Below are positions 1 to 9,700 of a stretch of DNA of 53,948 bases, one piece after another (the stretch's first letter is position 1; each line of letters opens with the position of its first letter). The stretch is from a virus. Its lineage: Duplodnaviria > Caudoviricetes. The translations under genes and the position numbers were made by a program. The DNA lies in IMG/VR virus record IMGVR_UViG_3300012665_000551, positions 1 to 53,948 of that record. One strand, given 5' to 3'. Under the pieces are notes generated by a model. It was not told the DNA's origin. It made no database searches and saw only the letters and a list, made by a program, of their open reading frames with translations.

Positions 1-65
1 ATGCTATCAACAAAGTTATAGGGACAGTTGAAAAAATTGAACTAATGGCAATGCTCTCACGCTGA
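1..65 (+). CDS. 3' end of an upstream gene (partial, ...AINKVIGTVEKIELMAMLSR*)
   Basis: Open frame from base 3 to TGA at 63-65, followed immediately by a TAAATA box. Confidence 0.45.
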   Translation, partial: AINKVIGTVEKIELMAMLSR

Positions 66-71
66 TAAATA
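66..71 (+). promoter_or_regulatory. T4-late-like promoter core (GATAAATA)
   Basis: TAAATA in intergenic DNA ahead of the structural module; T4 late consensus is TATAAATA. Confidence 0.6.
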
Positions 72-141
72 AAGTATCTAGAAAAGACTTATGCAGAATC
101 CCTCTGCGTAGACCTAGAACGTCAAATTAAGGAGAAACAAA

Positions 142-537
142 ATGGGACGTCCATTAAGAAAAGATGTAAACGGTGTTGATGTAATCGGAACAGGTGCTAC
201 TACAGCTACTGGTGTACGAGTTGAGTTTTATGATGCATCATTAAGAACAGATGGTGTTATTATCAAGCAACGTGGTGCAAAGACTTATGTAGTTGCTCGC
301 GTTGGCGATATTGGCACTACTGCAAATTATGTTACAGCAACGCTAGTCTCCGATGCTCCAAACGCTTACGGCGAAATGAGAATCACAGGATACGTTGGTG
401 GTAACGGCGTTGATAACACTAAGCAAATCGCTAAGTTAACCAAGCGTGTAGCTACAGGCTTTGACGGTGTTAAGTACAATTGGTACCTAGACAACGATTC
501 ATCAGCAGACTACATTGTACTAACAGCAATCGTTTAA
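142..537 (+). CDS. Hypothetical virion-associated protein
   Basis: 131 aa ORF with AAGGAG SD, first gene after a late-like promoter. Confidence 0.75.
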   Translation: MGRPLRKDVNGVDVIGTGATTATGVRVEFYDASLRTDGVIIKQRGAKTYVVARVGDIGTTANYVTATLVSDAPNAYGEMRITGYVGGNGVDNTKQIAKLTKRVATGFDGVKYNWYLDNDSSADYIVLTAIV

Positions 538-551
538 TTTAGGAATTAGAA

Positions 552-1610
552 ATGGGACAAGTAATACAAGTCAATGGCGATTATAATATAAAAGCCAAAC
601 AAGGTGCTACAATCACTTTAGATACTGGTCCCACAGGTCAAACTAGAGTAACCGGTAATTTAGTTGTTGAAGGTGATACTTTATTCATTGAAACTAATCA
701 GTTAACAATCAATGATAACATCATCACAATAAATGCCGGCGAAACAGGTGCTGGCGTATCGTTAGGTACTGCAGGTATTGAAGTCGATAGAGGAACTGAA
801 TATAATATTGGTTTTATTTTTGATGAAGCTGATAATTCATGGAACATTGTTGGCGGCTCAGAAGGTTCGTATTTTTTCGTAGATACTAATGGCGATTCTG
901 CAAGCAGGCTGCGAGTAAAAGAAATTTTAACTGATATTACTGACGACGGTGATTTAATTCTAATTGGAGAAGGCACTGGAGTAGTTAAAGTTGGTAACCG
1001 AGGAGATGATACAGGAACAGTGTATGCAGACCTTGTTGTTGATAACGATCATATTCCAAACAAGCGATATGTAGATCGAGCTATTCAAGATTCGCCTACT
1101 TTTCAGATTAGAGCGTTAGATTCTCGAGTAGTTATTCGAGACAGCGGTGCAACACCTAATACTATCGATACTGCTGGCTCGCTGGCGTATTGGCAATCAA
1201 TCACTGACAATACTGAAACTGAAAGTGCAGTTGGATTTATTGTAAATGATATAGTGGCTGCAGAAATATACGAAGACCGAGCAGAACTGTTTGGTTTAAA
1301 TATTTTTAACGAATATGTAGGCCCAAGTTCACCTGATAATGTAGTGTTGCAGGCTCTTAGTACTCCTGCAAATATTAAATTTGACACAAATAAAGAAGCA
1401 TTACCACAAGGCGGTAAGGTTCAATTTACATATGGAATACAGCTAGATTCTATTGGGGGATTAGGAAATCCTGGAGTAGTTTCAAACTCAACAGTAGTGT
1501 ATGCTAGAGCACCAAGTATTGGTACAACTGGAATTTTCTTTGTTAACTCGGTCGACAACGGCGAGATTATAAGTAAAAGAAAAGCATTACTCTTTAGCAT
1601 GATTTTCTAA
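552..1610 (+). CDS. Putative virion structural/fibre protein
   Basis: Beta-rich Gly/Asp/Thr fibre-type motifs (GNLVVEG, DNIITIN, AGIEVDRG); hydrophobic C-terminus ALLFSMIF. Confidence 0.65.
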   Translation: MGQVIQVNGDYNIKAKQGATITLDTGPTGQTRVTGNLVVEGDTLFIETNQLTINDNIITINAGETGAGVSLGTAGIEVDRGTEYNIGFIFDEADNSWNIVGGSEGSYFFVDTNGDSASRLRVKEILTDITDDGDLILIGEGTGVVKVGNRGDDTGTVYADLVVDNDHIPNKRYVDRAIQDSPTFQIRALDSRVVIRDSGATPNTIDTAGSLAYWQSITDNTETESAVGFIVNDIVAAEIYEDRAELFGLNIFNEYVGPSSPDNVVLQALSTPANIKFDTNKEALPQGGKVQFTYGIQLDSIGGLGNPGVVSNSTVVYARAPSIGTTGIFFVNSVDNGEIISKRKALLFSMIF

Positions 1611-1622
1611 CAGGAAAAAGAA

Positions 1623-2000
1623 ATGATTTATAGTACAAGATTAACAACAAGTAGTGATCAACCAGTTTACACCAGTACAACTACTGGAGAACCAATTGGT
1701 GGGTTAATAGTGGGACAGCAAAACGCAATCACTACTATGATTATTTGTAATACAGCAACTCCTGATCTAACAGACGAAACAGTTGGCAGTGCAACAATCA
1801 CTATTAATTTATGTAAGTACGACCCATTAGGGCCAACTAGTACTACCACTAATCGGATTATCAGTGAACTAATTGTACCTGCAGGCGAAACTGTATTCTT
1901 AAGTGAAGAGCGTATTGTGTTAGACAGCGGAGATCAAATTAGAGCAACAGCATCAGTAGGTAATAGACTAAGCATAACAGTGAGTGCATTACCAGTATGA
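1623..2000 (+). CDS. Small beta-rich virion adapter-like protein (paralog of 6077 and 20912 genes)
   Basis: Shared pattern IICN...VPAGET...IVLDSGDQIRATAS...VS. Confidence 0.6.
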   Translation: MIYSTRLTTSSDQPVYTSTTTGEPIGGLIVGQQNAITTMIICNTATPDLTDETVGSATITINLCKYDPLGPTSTTTNRIISELIVPAGETVFLSEERIVLDSGDQIRATASVGNRLSITVSALPV

Positions 2001-2533
2001 GATTCTTAAAACAAAAATCTCTCAGTAGATTAAATCCTACAGATCAAACACTTTTTACAAATCAATACGGCCGCGCTGTAATGAATCTAAAAGGTGGATT
2101 GATGTTACCAAAAGGTACAACAGAAGAGCGCCCTTTTGGTACTATGCCCGGGCAGTCTGGCGCTAGACACCCTGCAGGTGTTAATGGATATATTCGATAC
2201 AATACAACTAATGATCCTCTTACAGGATTAGATATCGGTATCGAAGCGTATGTACAAGATCATTGGGAAGTTATACGTGCGCCAGGTGCTAAATCTATCT
2301 ACAAACAGACCCTAGGCCCAGGTGACGGTATCGAAACAACATTTGGTCCTCTAGATCAAATTCCTAGCTCTGCAAATAACATTATAGTATTAGTAGAAAA
2401 CGTTATGCAAATTTCAGATACTAACTATAGTCTTGCAGACAACTATTTAGGCTCAGGAAATACATATATTGTATTCACTAGTCCTATTCCTTACACTAAA
2501 AATATCACAATATTATTTGGCTTTGCTAACTAA
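1997..2533 (+). CDS. Putative virion structural protein
   Basis: LPKGTTEERP...GYIRYNTT motif also present in the 407 and 350 aa genes; ATGA overlap with the previous gene. Confidence 0.65.
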   Translation: MRFLKQKSLSRLNPTDQTLFTNQYGRAVMNLKGGLMLPKGTTEERPFGTMPGQSGARHPAGVNGYIRYNTTNDPLTGLDIGIEAYVQDHWEVIRAPGAKSIYKQTLGPGDGIETTFGPLDQIPSSANNIIVLVENVMQISDTNYSLADNYLGSGNTYIVFTSPIPYTKNITILFGFAN

Positions 2534-2575
2534 CTAGGATCTAGGTAAATATACATATCGAATTGGAGATATGTA

Positions 2576-3664
2576 ATGGCCCTAGTATTAGTAGACCGTG
2601 TAAAAGTAAGATCCCAAACAGCAGGAACGGGTACAATTACCCTAGCGGATACTGCCTTGGGTTTTCAAAGTTTTGAAATTGTTGGCAACGGTAATGAAAC
2701 GTACTACGGTATTGTCGACAACGTAGGAAATTGGGAAATTGGTCGCGGCACGTATACCAATGTTTCTACTGTAGGCTATCTAAGCCGTGATTCAGTCATT
2801 TCATCATCAAACAATAACGCTAAAATAAATTTTCCAGTTGGCGGGAAAAACGTATTCGGCACATTTCCATCAAGTCTAGCACAAAACATTATAGGTAGTG
2901 TAAGTCAGTTAGTTAACGGATCAGCTACAGCAAGCCTTGGCACAGACGGTCTATTAGCAGTTCCTGGAAGAGTAGTTACTCCCGAAATAGAAGGTGCTTC
3001 TGATGGCCTAGCAATTTACTCTGATTGGACTAAAGAAACTGGCATTAGTATTGTTTCACTAGATAATTTAGAATCAGTAACGTTAACGTCGGATAGACTT
3101 GTAGCTATTTCAACTAATTTTGCAACGTTATCACAAAAAGATTGGATTTTTGAAACCACCGGTAACTTAAAACTACCAGCAGGCGGCGACATCGTTGACA
3201 GCAACGGGACTAGTGTATTAGGCGGCACTGGAACTACTGATAGATTAACTAACGGACTTGATGAAATTGTTGCTAATGTAGCTGGCGGCATAACATTTCC
3301 AAATAGCGCAGTACAGCGAGACACCGGTAGTATAAATTGCCAGCCCGGGGTAGATACTGTAGTGTTTACCTCATCACAAGAAGGTATACAAACAATTAAA
3401 CTATTGCTTGAAGTTGAAGGTACTGTGACCACAGGAGATGCTGATACGCAATCATGTGAGATGATTGTTGCTAAGAGTTTTAGAGGACCAACAGTAGCGA
3501 CTACAGTATACGCTGTTGTTCATACAAGCGTGGCTCCACTAGCAACATTTACAGCCGAGTGGAACGTATTAATCAGTAGAGTTGAAGTAACCTGTCGTCC
3601 AACAAGCCTAACTAACAATGTTACTGTTAAATCATTTGCAACAGAAATTACAACATCAGATTAA
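2576..3664 (+). CDS. Putative tail fibre-like protein
   Basis: N-terminus LVLVDRVK..S.T.GTGTITL of phage fibre type; GGAG SD; own TAAATA box at 2546-2551. Confidence 0.6.
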   Translation: MALVLVDRVKVRSQTAGTGTITLADTALGFQSFEIVGNGNETYYGIVDNVGNWEIGRGTYTNVSTVGYLSRDSVISSSNNNAKINFPVGGKNVFGTFPSSLAQNIIGSVSQLVNGSATASLGTDGLLAVPGRVVTPEIEGASDGLAIYSDWTKETGISIVSLDNLESVTLTSDRLVAISTNFATLSQKDWIFETTGNLKLPAGGDIVDSNGTSVLGGTGTTDRLTNGLDEIVANVAGGITFPNSAVQRDTGSINCQPGVDTVVFTSSQEGIQTIKLLLEVEGTVTTGDADTQSCEMIVAKSFRGPTVATTVYAVVHTSVAPLATFTAEWNVLISRVEVTCRPTSLTNNVTVKSFATEITTSD

Positions 3665-3674
3665 GGAATAAATT

Positions 3675-4898
3675 ATGGCAGGCATAATAAGTGATGATAG
3701 CGATCTAGGTGGAATTAGTAATTTTGGTAGTGAACCACCAGACACGCCTTCACTAGGTAAAATAAGCGGAAAGATGTTAGGAAAGCGTATATCTGACTCG
3801 CTTGATAACTTAGAACGCAACGGCATTGACTTAGCTTTTGATACAGATCTTATGTATTTAAAAGTAGGACCATACAAAGCACCTAGCCTACCAGAAAATA
3901 TTTACGAAGATGGAGATCCCAGCGGAAATATATCGGCAACCGGTCGCGGCATCGGAATTAACATTGACGGCTTTTCTAATGATCTAACTGTAAATGGATC
4001 TGCCCATGTATCAACTAACTTAACAGCAACAGGAAGTACAGCTACTTTTTCTAATATTGTTTTTAACAACGCAAATAACATAAGCTCTGTAGTTGGAGAT
4101 ATTATAATTGCCCCCACCGGAGCTGATGCATATGTACAATACGGGGAAGTTCAAAATACCGCTTTAAAAATTAAAGACAATTTCATCCAAGCTACTGGTA
4201 TCGATCAAAGTATTGTACTTGATGCTAGCGGAACTGGAAGAGTTGAAATAGAAAGCAATGCAATTATAGCCGGCAATTTAAACATTGGCGCTAATATAAA
4301 TGCTCATGCAGATGTAATGATCGACGGACAGTTAATTATTGGTAACGACCCTATAGATACCATTACTATTAATACTGATTTTACACAAACTATTGAGCCG
4401 GGAGTTGACAATTCTTATGATTTAGGATCTAGTTCTAAAAAATGGAGAACACTTTACCTAAGCGGGTCTACAGTGATTACCTCTGCAGAGATTACTGATC
4501 TAAGAATTAGCGACCAAACATCGTTTTCAGGTAACACAATTACTAGCATTCAAAGTAATGATAATTTAAATTTATTGTCAGACACTGGGATAATTGCAAT
4601 AGAAGATTTAACAATCGAAGATAATGTTATATCTAATACTCTTGATACTCCTTTAATATTTAAAAGTACCGGAAGAGGATATGTTCGATTTGACAGCACA
4701 AATGCTGTATTAATTCCTGCAGGCGACATATCACAACGACCATTCGGTGAAATCGGTGAAACTAGATGGAATACTGAGTTTCAGTATCTTGAATGTTTTG
4801 ATGGTTCAGTTTATCAAGTAGCGACAGGTGGCGGTACAGTTGTCACGGCAACAGTCATGCAAGAACTTGGCGAATTATATAGCTTGATATTAGGTTAA
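3675..4898 (+). CDS. Virion structural/fibre protein (paralog of 5020 gene)
   Basis: GKISG...NLERNGIDLAFDTDL.YL, YDLGSSSKKW, IPAGDISQRP...GETRWNTE; ends SLILG. Confidence 0.7.
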   Translation: MAGIISDDSDLGGISNFGSEPPDTPSLGKISGKMLGKRISDSLDNLERNGIDLAFDTDLMYLKVGPYKAPSLPENIYEDGDPSGNISATGRGIGINIDGFSNDLTVNGSAHVSTNLTATGSTATFSNIVFNNANNISSVVGDIIIAPTGADAYVQYGEVQNTALKIKDNFIQATGIDQSIVLDASGTGRVEIESNAIIAGNLNIGANINAHADVMIDGQLIIGNDPIDTITINTDFTQTIEPGVDNSYDLGSSSKKWRTLYLSGSTVITSAEITDLRISDQTSFSGNTITSIQSNDNLNLLSDTGIIAIEDLTIEDNVISNTLDTPLIFKSTGRGYVRFDSTNAVLIPAGDISQRPFGEIGETRWNTEFQYLECFDGSVYQVATGGGTVVTATVMQELGELYSLILG

Positions 4899-4910
4899 TT
4901 TTTCAATCTG

Positions 4911-5019
4911 CATAAATACTAACGATTACAAGAAACGACCATTTCTTGTATGATCAGACTGTGGTAAACCCGCAATGCAAGGTGGTTAACCGTGAAACAC
5001 GGGGTATTAAGGAGAGCAC
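4911..5019 (+). promoter_or_regulatory. Late-like promoter (CATAAATA 4911-4918) followed by a structured ~95 nt 5' leader
   Basis: Stems TACAAGAAA/TTTCTTGTA (4927-4950), TGTGG/CCGCA (4960-4974) and CCGTG/CACGG (4990-5002) precede the AAGGAG SD. Confidence 0.55.
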
Positions 5020-6072
5020 ATGGCTATCGGTCGAATTTCCGGTCCGCTCTTAAAGTCAAACCTCATCAGAGATGGTGTGGATTTAGCCTTTGAGACAGAC
5101 CTTTTATATCTTGATGTTAATAATAGCCGCATTGGTGTAAATACCAGCTCACCTCAATACTCACTAGATGTTGTCGGAAGTGCAAAGACAACAACATTAA
5201 AAGTAGATGATCAATTTACTATCGGAAACTTTACAGTATCCGGTAACACAATAGCTAGTACTGCTCAAACAATTAATTTTACAACAGTTGGTGCAGATGT
5301 TACTGCATATCATTCCAGATTATTAGTAAATGATATCGAGCTCAACGGCAATACAATTTCCACAGTAGCAACAAATCAAAATCTAGAACTACGTCCATCA
5401 GGCACTGGAATATTAGACATCCAGTCAGATGCTAGAGTTACTGGTACACTCGAAGTTGACGGAAATATTACAGCAACGGGTAACATTACAATCGATGGTA
5501 ATTTAATTATTGGTAATGCTATCACTGATACAATTACTATCAATGCTAGTATTAGAAGTAGTTTAATTCCAGAAACTAATAACGCACACGATCTTGGTTC
5601 TCCGTCGTACAATTGGAGAAATTTATATGCGCAGACTATTACTGCGGACACACTTTCACTAACATCGTTTAATGTAGGCAATTTAGTTTTTACAGATAAT
5701 CAAATTACAACTACCACAGGACAGGATCTTATATTAGATGCTAATGCGGCAGGGTCGGTAGTACTAGGACACTATGCTGTTCGTGACAACGTTATCACAA
5801 ACTTTGTTAACAACTCTGTTTCAACCTTTAGACAAACTGGAACAGGATATGTAAAAATTGAAGGAACAAATGCGTTTGTTCCACCTGTAGGATCTACAGC
5901 TGATCGACCAACAGCATATGCCGTTGAAGGCATGACACGATATAATACAGATTCTAAATCTTTAGAAATCTGGGACGGATTACAATGGGCAAGTCCAGCA
6001 GGTACCATTGGAGCAGTTTCGGAAGGAACAGCAACAGATATCGCTGCAAGATTTGCACTAATTTTAGGATAA
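5020..6072 (+). CDS. Virion structural/fibre protein (paralog of 3675 gene)
   Basis: GRISGPLLKSNLIRDGVDLAFETDLLYL, RIGVNTSSPQYSLDVVG, PVGSTADRP...GMTRYNTD; ends FALILG. Confidence 0.7.
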   Translation: MAIGRISGPLLKSNLIRDGVDLAFETDLLYLDVNNSRIGVNTSSPQYSLDVVGSAKTTTLKVDDQFTIGNFTVSGNTIASTAQTINFTTVGADVTAYHSRLLVNDIELNGNTISTVATNQNLELRPSGTGILDIQSDARVTGTLEVDGNITATGNITIDGNLIIGNAITDTITINASIRSSLIPETNNAHDLGSPSYNWRNLYAQTITADTLSLTSFNVGNLVFTDNQITTTTGQDLILDANAAGSVVLGHYAVRDNVITNFVNNSVSTFRQTGTGYVKIEGTNAFVPPVGSTADRPTAYAVEGMTRYNTDSKSLEIWDGLQWASPAGTIGAVSEGTATDIAARFALILG

Positions 6073-6076
6073 AATA

Positions 6077-6409
6077 ATGCCAACCACATTTAAAAATTCA
6101 ATAAACACTGGCATAGGAACATCTCCAGTTGATGTATTAAGTACTCCTGAGGGATTCAGAACTACAGTTATAGGCTGTAATCTTGCTAACATAACTGATT
6201 ATGACACAGTTAACGTTGATGTAATAGTAGTAGGCGATGGCAGTGATTCAGCATACTACGTTAAAGGAATAACTATTCCTCCAAACTCGTCTCTTAAAGT
6301 TGTTACCAACGGTGAAAAATTAATTTTGCCCGAAGGTCATATTCTAAGAGTTGTTAGCGATACTGCCAGCAGTATTGATGCAACAGTAAGTTTTGTAGAA
6401 ATATCATAA
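6077..6409 (+). CDS. Small beta-rich virion adapter-like protein
   Basis: TTVIGCNLAN...IPPNSSL...KLIL..GHILRVVSD...VSFVEIS; similar to 1623 and 20912 genes. Confidence 0.65.
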   Translation: MPTTFKNSINTGIGTSPVDVLSTPEGFRTTVIGCNLANITDYDTVNVDVIVVGDGSDSAYYVKGITIPPNSSLKVVTNGEKLILPEGHILRVVSDTASSIDATVSFVEIS

Positions 6410-6419
6410 GGAATAACAA

Positions 6420-6791
6420 ATGGCTAATTCAAGTTATTATTTAGGTACCGATCCACAATCAAGACTAGGTGATACACCTAGATTTTTCTACGCACTTCGA
6501 AAAAATGAAAATGGTAGCATGTTCTTAGTAAGAAGCGATCAGATGAAAGAAGCTGATTCTATTGAAATTAACACACCCGGGCATCCAGAAAACAATTTTG
6601 ACGGATTTGAAGTAGGTGTAGATTTCTTCGAAGGACTTGATGTTAATCACAATGCGCCTTATGAAAATTTAAAGTATCAACAATATAGATGGGATGATAG
6701 GGCTATTTTTTATTACATTGACGACGATGGACAATTAGTAGCAAGGATTAATAGCGGCCACACATATACTGCTGGCGTTTCAGAGGACTAA
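6420..6791 (+). CDS. Hypothetical protein in the fibre module
   Basis: 123 aa ORF with AAGGA SD, tightly packed in the operon. Confidence 0.7.
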   Translation: MANSSYYLGTDPQSRLGDTPRFFYALRKNENGSMFLVRSDQMKEADSIEINTPGHPENNFDGFEVGVDFFEGLDVNHNAPYENLKYQQYRWDDRAIFYYIDDDGQLVARINSGHTYTAGVSED

Positions 6792-6799
6792 AATAAATT

Positions 6800-9700
6800 A
6801 TGGCTGATTTTAAATTAAGTAGATTCAAATGTACATGGAGAGGCGAATGGTCGTCTATCACTAGATATAATCCAGACGATATCGTTAATTTTGGTGCATT
6901 GGTATATGTGTGTCTTACTTCGCACACTTCGAACAGCGACTTTTACTCGGATCTAAATGCAGTTAACGGAGATATACCTCCGTTAGCAATTCCTAAATGG
7001 GAACTAATGGTCAACGCTGCACGTTGGACAGGCGATTGGCAAACATCGTATGATTATGTTGTAGGCGATATTATCAAGTATAGTGGAGTTTCTTATATTT
7101 GTACAGCACCACATACTTCATCAGATGTGATCAGTGGATTTTACACAGAGATTTCACATTGGACTGTGTTGATTTCTACAGAAACTTGGTTTTCAACTTG
7201 GTTACCATCTACTTACTACAAACTAAATGATGTTATTAGATTTGGTGGTAGAGTTTATCGATGCAGCCTCCCACATATTTCAGCAGGCGGCGAAAATCCT
7301 ACATTAGAAACAAGTATTGCCAACTGGGATATAGTTAATATTTCAGACAACTGGAGTGGAAATTGGCAAACAGCAACATTATATAAAACAAACGACTTAG
7401 TCAAATATAGCGGTAAAGTTTATCGTTGTACTACTGGACATGTGTCAACACAAAATATAGAAGAAGGGATACCTTACGATATAGCAAATTGGGAACTAAT
7501 TCATAACGGCATCCAATATCGCGGTGATTGGCAATCGACTGTATTATACTATCCAAATGATATTGTAAAATTTGGCGGATATATTTACAAAAAGAATAAT
7601 GTTCTAGAAGTTTCAGATGTATTTTTTAACTCCACTAAGTGGGAAATATATTCTCCAGGTGTCGAGTTTGAAACAGCATGGAACCCCTTAGTTCAATATA
7701 ATAAAGGTGACATTGTTAGTTATGGCGGAAACATATATGCAACTACTGTTGATATTTTTGGTTCCGAACTAACTCCTGGAATTGAACCTGGAATTAACAA
7801 CGAGTGGTCGCTGGTATTTGAAAATAGCAGAATGCGCGGCCAGTGGAATAGTGCTACTCAATATAGACCCGGAGATGTAATTAGACGTGGCGGCAATTTA
7901 TATGTTGCTATACTTAAAAATTTATCTGTTGACCCCGATACAGCAGAAGACGGAAGCACCACTAACTCAACATACTGGCAATTAATCACCACTGGAATGA
8001 GATGGCGCGGTATTTGGGATACCGATACTACCTATGTTACGGGCGACACTGTACTTTGGATAGCTAGTACATATAAGTGTATTGACAAACATGTATCGGA
8101 TGCTACAAATAGACCAGACGATGATTCGTTAGTTGGTATGGGTAGTGAAGCTGGCTCCGGTGACAGTACATTAACTGGCAGATACTGGATTAAAATTACC
8201 GAAGGATCTGCAGTTAATAGATTGAGAAATCGCGGCGACCTACGCACATTTGGCTTAGACGAAGATGGCAGCACTGTGGGATTCACTAATATAACAGTTG
8301 GTAATGTAGGACAAGCTGTTATTGCATCGAGTACAGAAGGTGCCGGCTGGGTCGATCTTAATCAAAGTAATCGAGTATACTACGTTTCTCTCACAGGAAT
8401 AGATGAAGAGACCCAAGGCGGCTCACCTAACTCTACATTTAGAACTCTAAGATATGCATGTGATTATATTCTTGCTGACCAAGCAACTAGATCACCTGCA
8501 ACTATATTTGTTAAAACAGGAGTATTTGAAGAAATATTACCAATACGTGTTCCTGCATTTGTAGGAATTGTAGGCGACGAATTACGTAGTACAGTAATAA
8601 CTCCTGCAAATCAAGTTTTATCTACAGCTTATCTGAATACACTAGCTTTAGCATCTGCTTACATACAAGACATTGCAGAATTTATCATACAAGAAATTCA
8701 AGTAGGTGCAGACGATCCAGAAGAACCAACTACTGTTTTATACGGAACTGTTCCGCAGGACTTTTCGGGATCTTCTGCATCTCCGAGCGAAGTATTAAGT
8801 ATTAAATCATTATTAGAGCTGTTTGAAAGTAGAATTACAACATTTAATTCACAAACACCAACTAGTACAAATAGTATAACTACTGATGTTTTTAAACTAA
8901 ATGCTGCACAACAACTAGTCAATAATAAATCTTTTATTCTCAATGAAGTCACACTGTATCTTGAAGAAACTGCGGCATTCATGGCTCCTTCAAGATGGAA
9001 TCAAGACATTAACACACTAGTCGATGCATTAATTTACGACCTACAATATACTGGTAATTATAAAATTTACGAACTTGCAACATATTTTATAAATGCAAAC
9101 TCATACGATAGAAATAAAATACAAAACATGTTTTTATTACGTGACGGAACCGGTTTACGAAACATGACGTTCAGAGGATTATCCGGTACATTAACTCCAG
9201 CACAAACTCAAATAGAATACATATACCAACGTCCAACCGCAGGCGCATATGCAAGTTTAGATCCAGGTTGGGGAGTTGGCGATAGTACTGCATGGGTAGG
9301 AACTAAATCTCCATATGTACAAAACGTAACAACATTTGGTACAGGCTGCGTTGGTCTAAAAGTTGACGGAGACTTGCATGCCGGCGGCAATCAAACTATT
9401 GTTACCAATGACTTTACACAAATTTTAAGTGACGGCATCGGAGTATGGTGCAACAGCTCAGGTCGATCGGAGTGTGTTTCGGTCTTTACTTACTATAATC
9501 ATATTGGCTATCTATGTACTGCCGGAGGTAAGATTCGAGGCACAAACGGTAACTGCTCATATGGAAAATTTGGAGCAGTATCTATAGGTTCAAGCGCAGG
9601 TGAAAATCCAATTACTGCCACTGTAAACAATCGATATTACGAAGCAGATGTTACCGAGATATTATGTAACAACGGACAATTAAAGAAATTTTTCTTTAGT

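Noticed and set aside
4955-5005. c-di-GMP-I or another known riboswitch
   Set aside because: Only a superficial GGTAAACC and GAAA resemblance; the canonical two-stem architecture could not be matched, so it is left as an unassigned structured leader.
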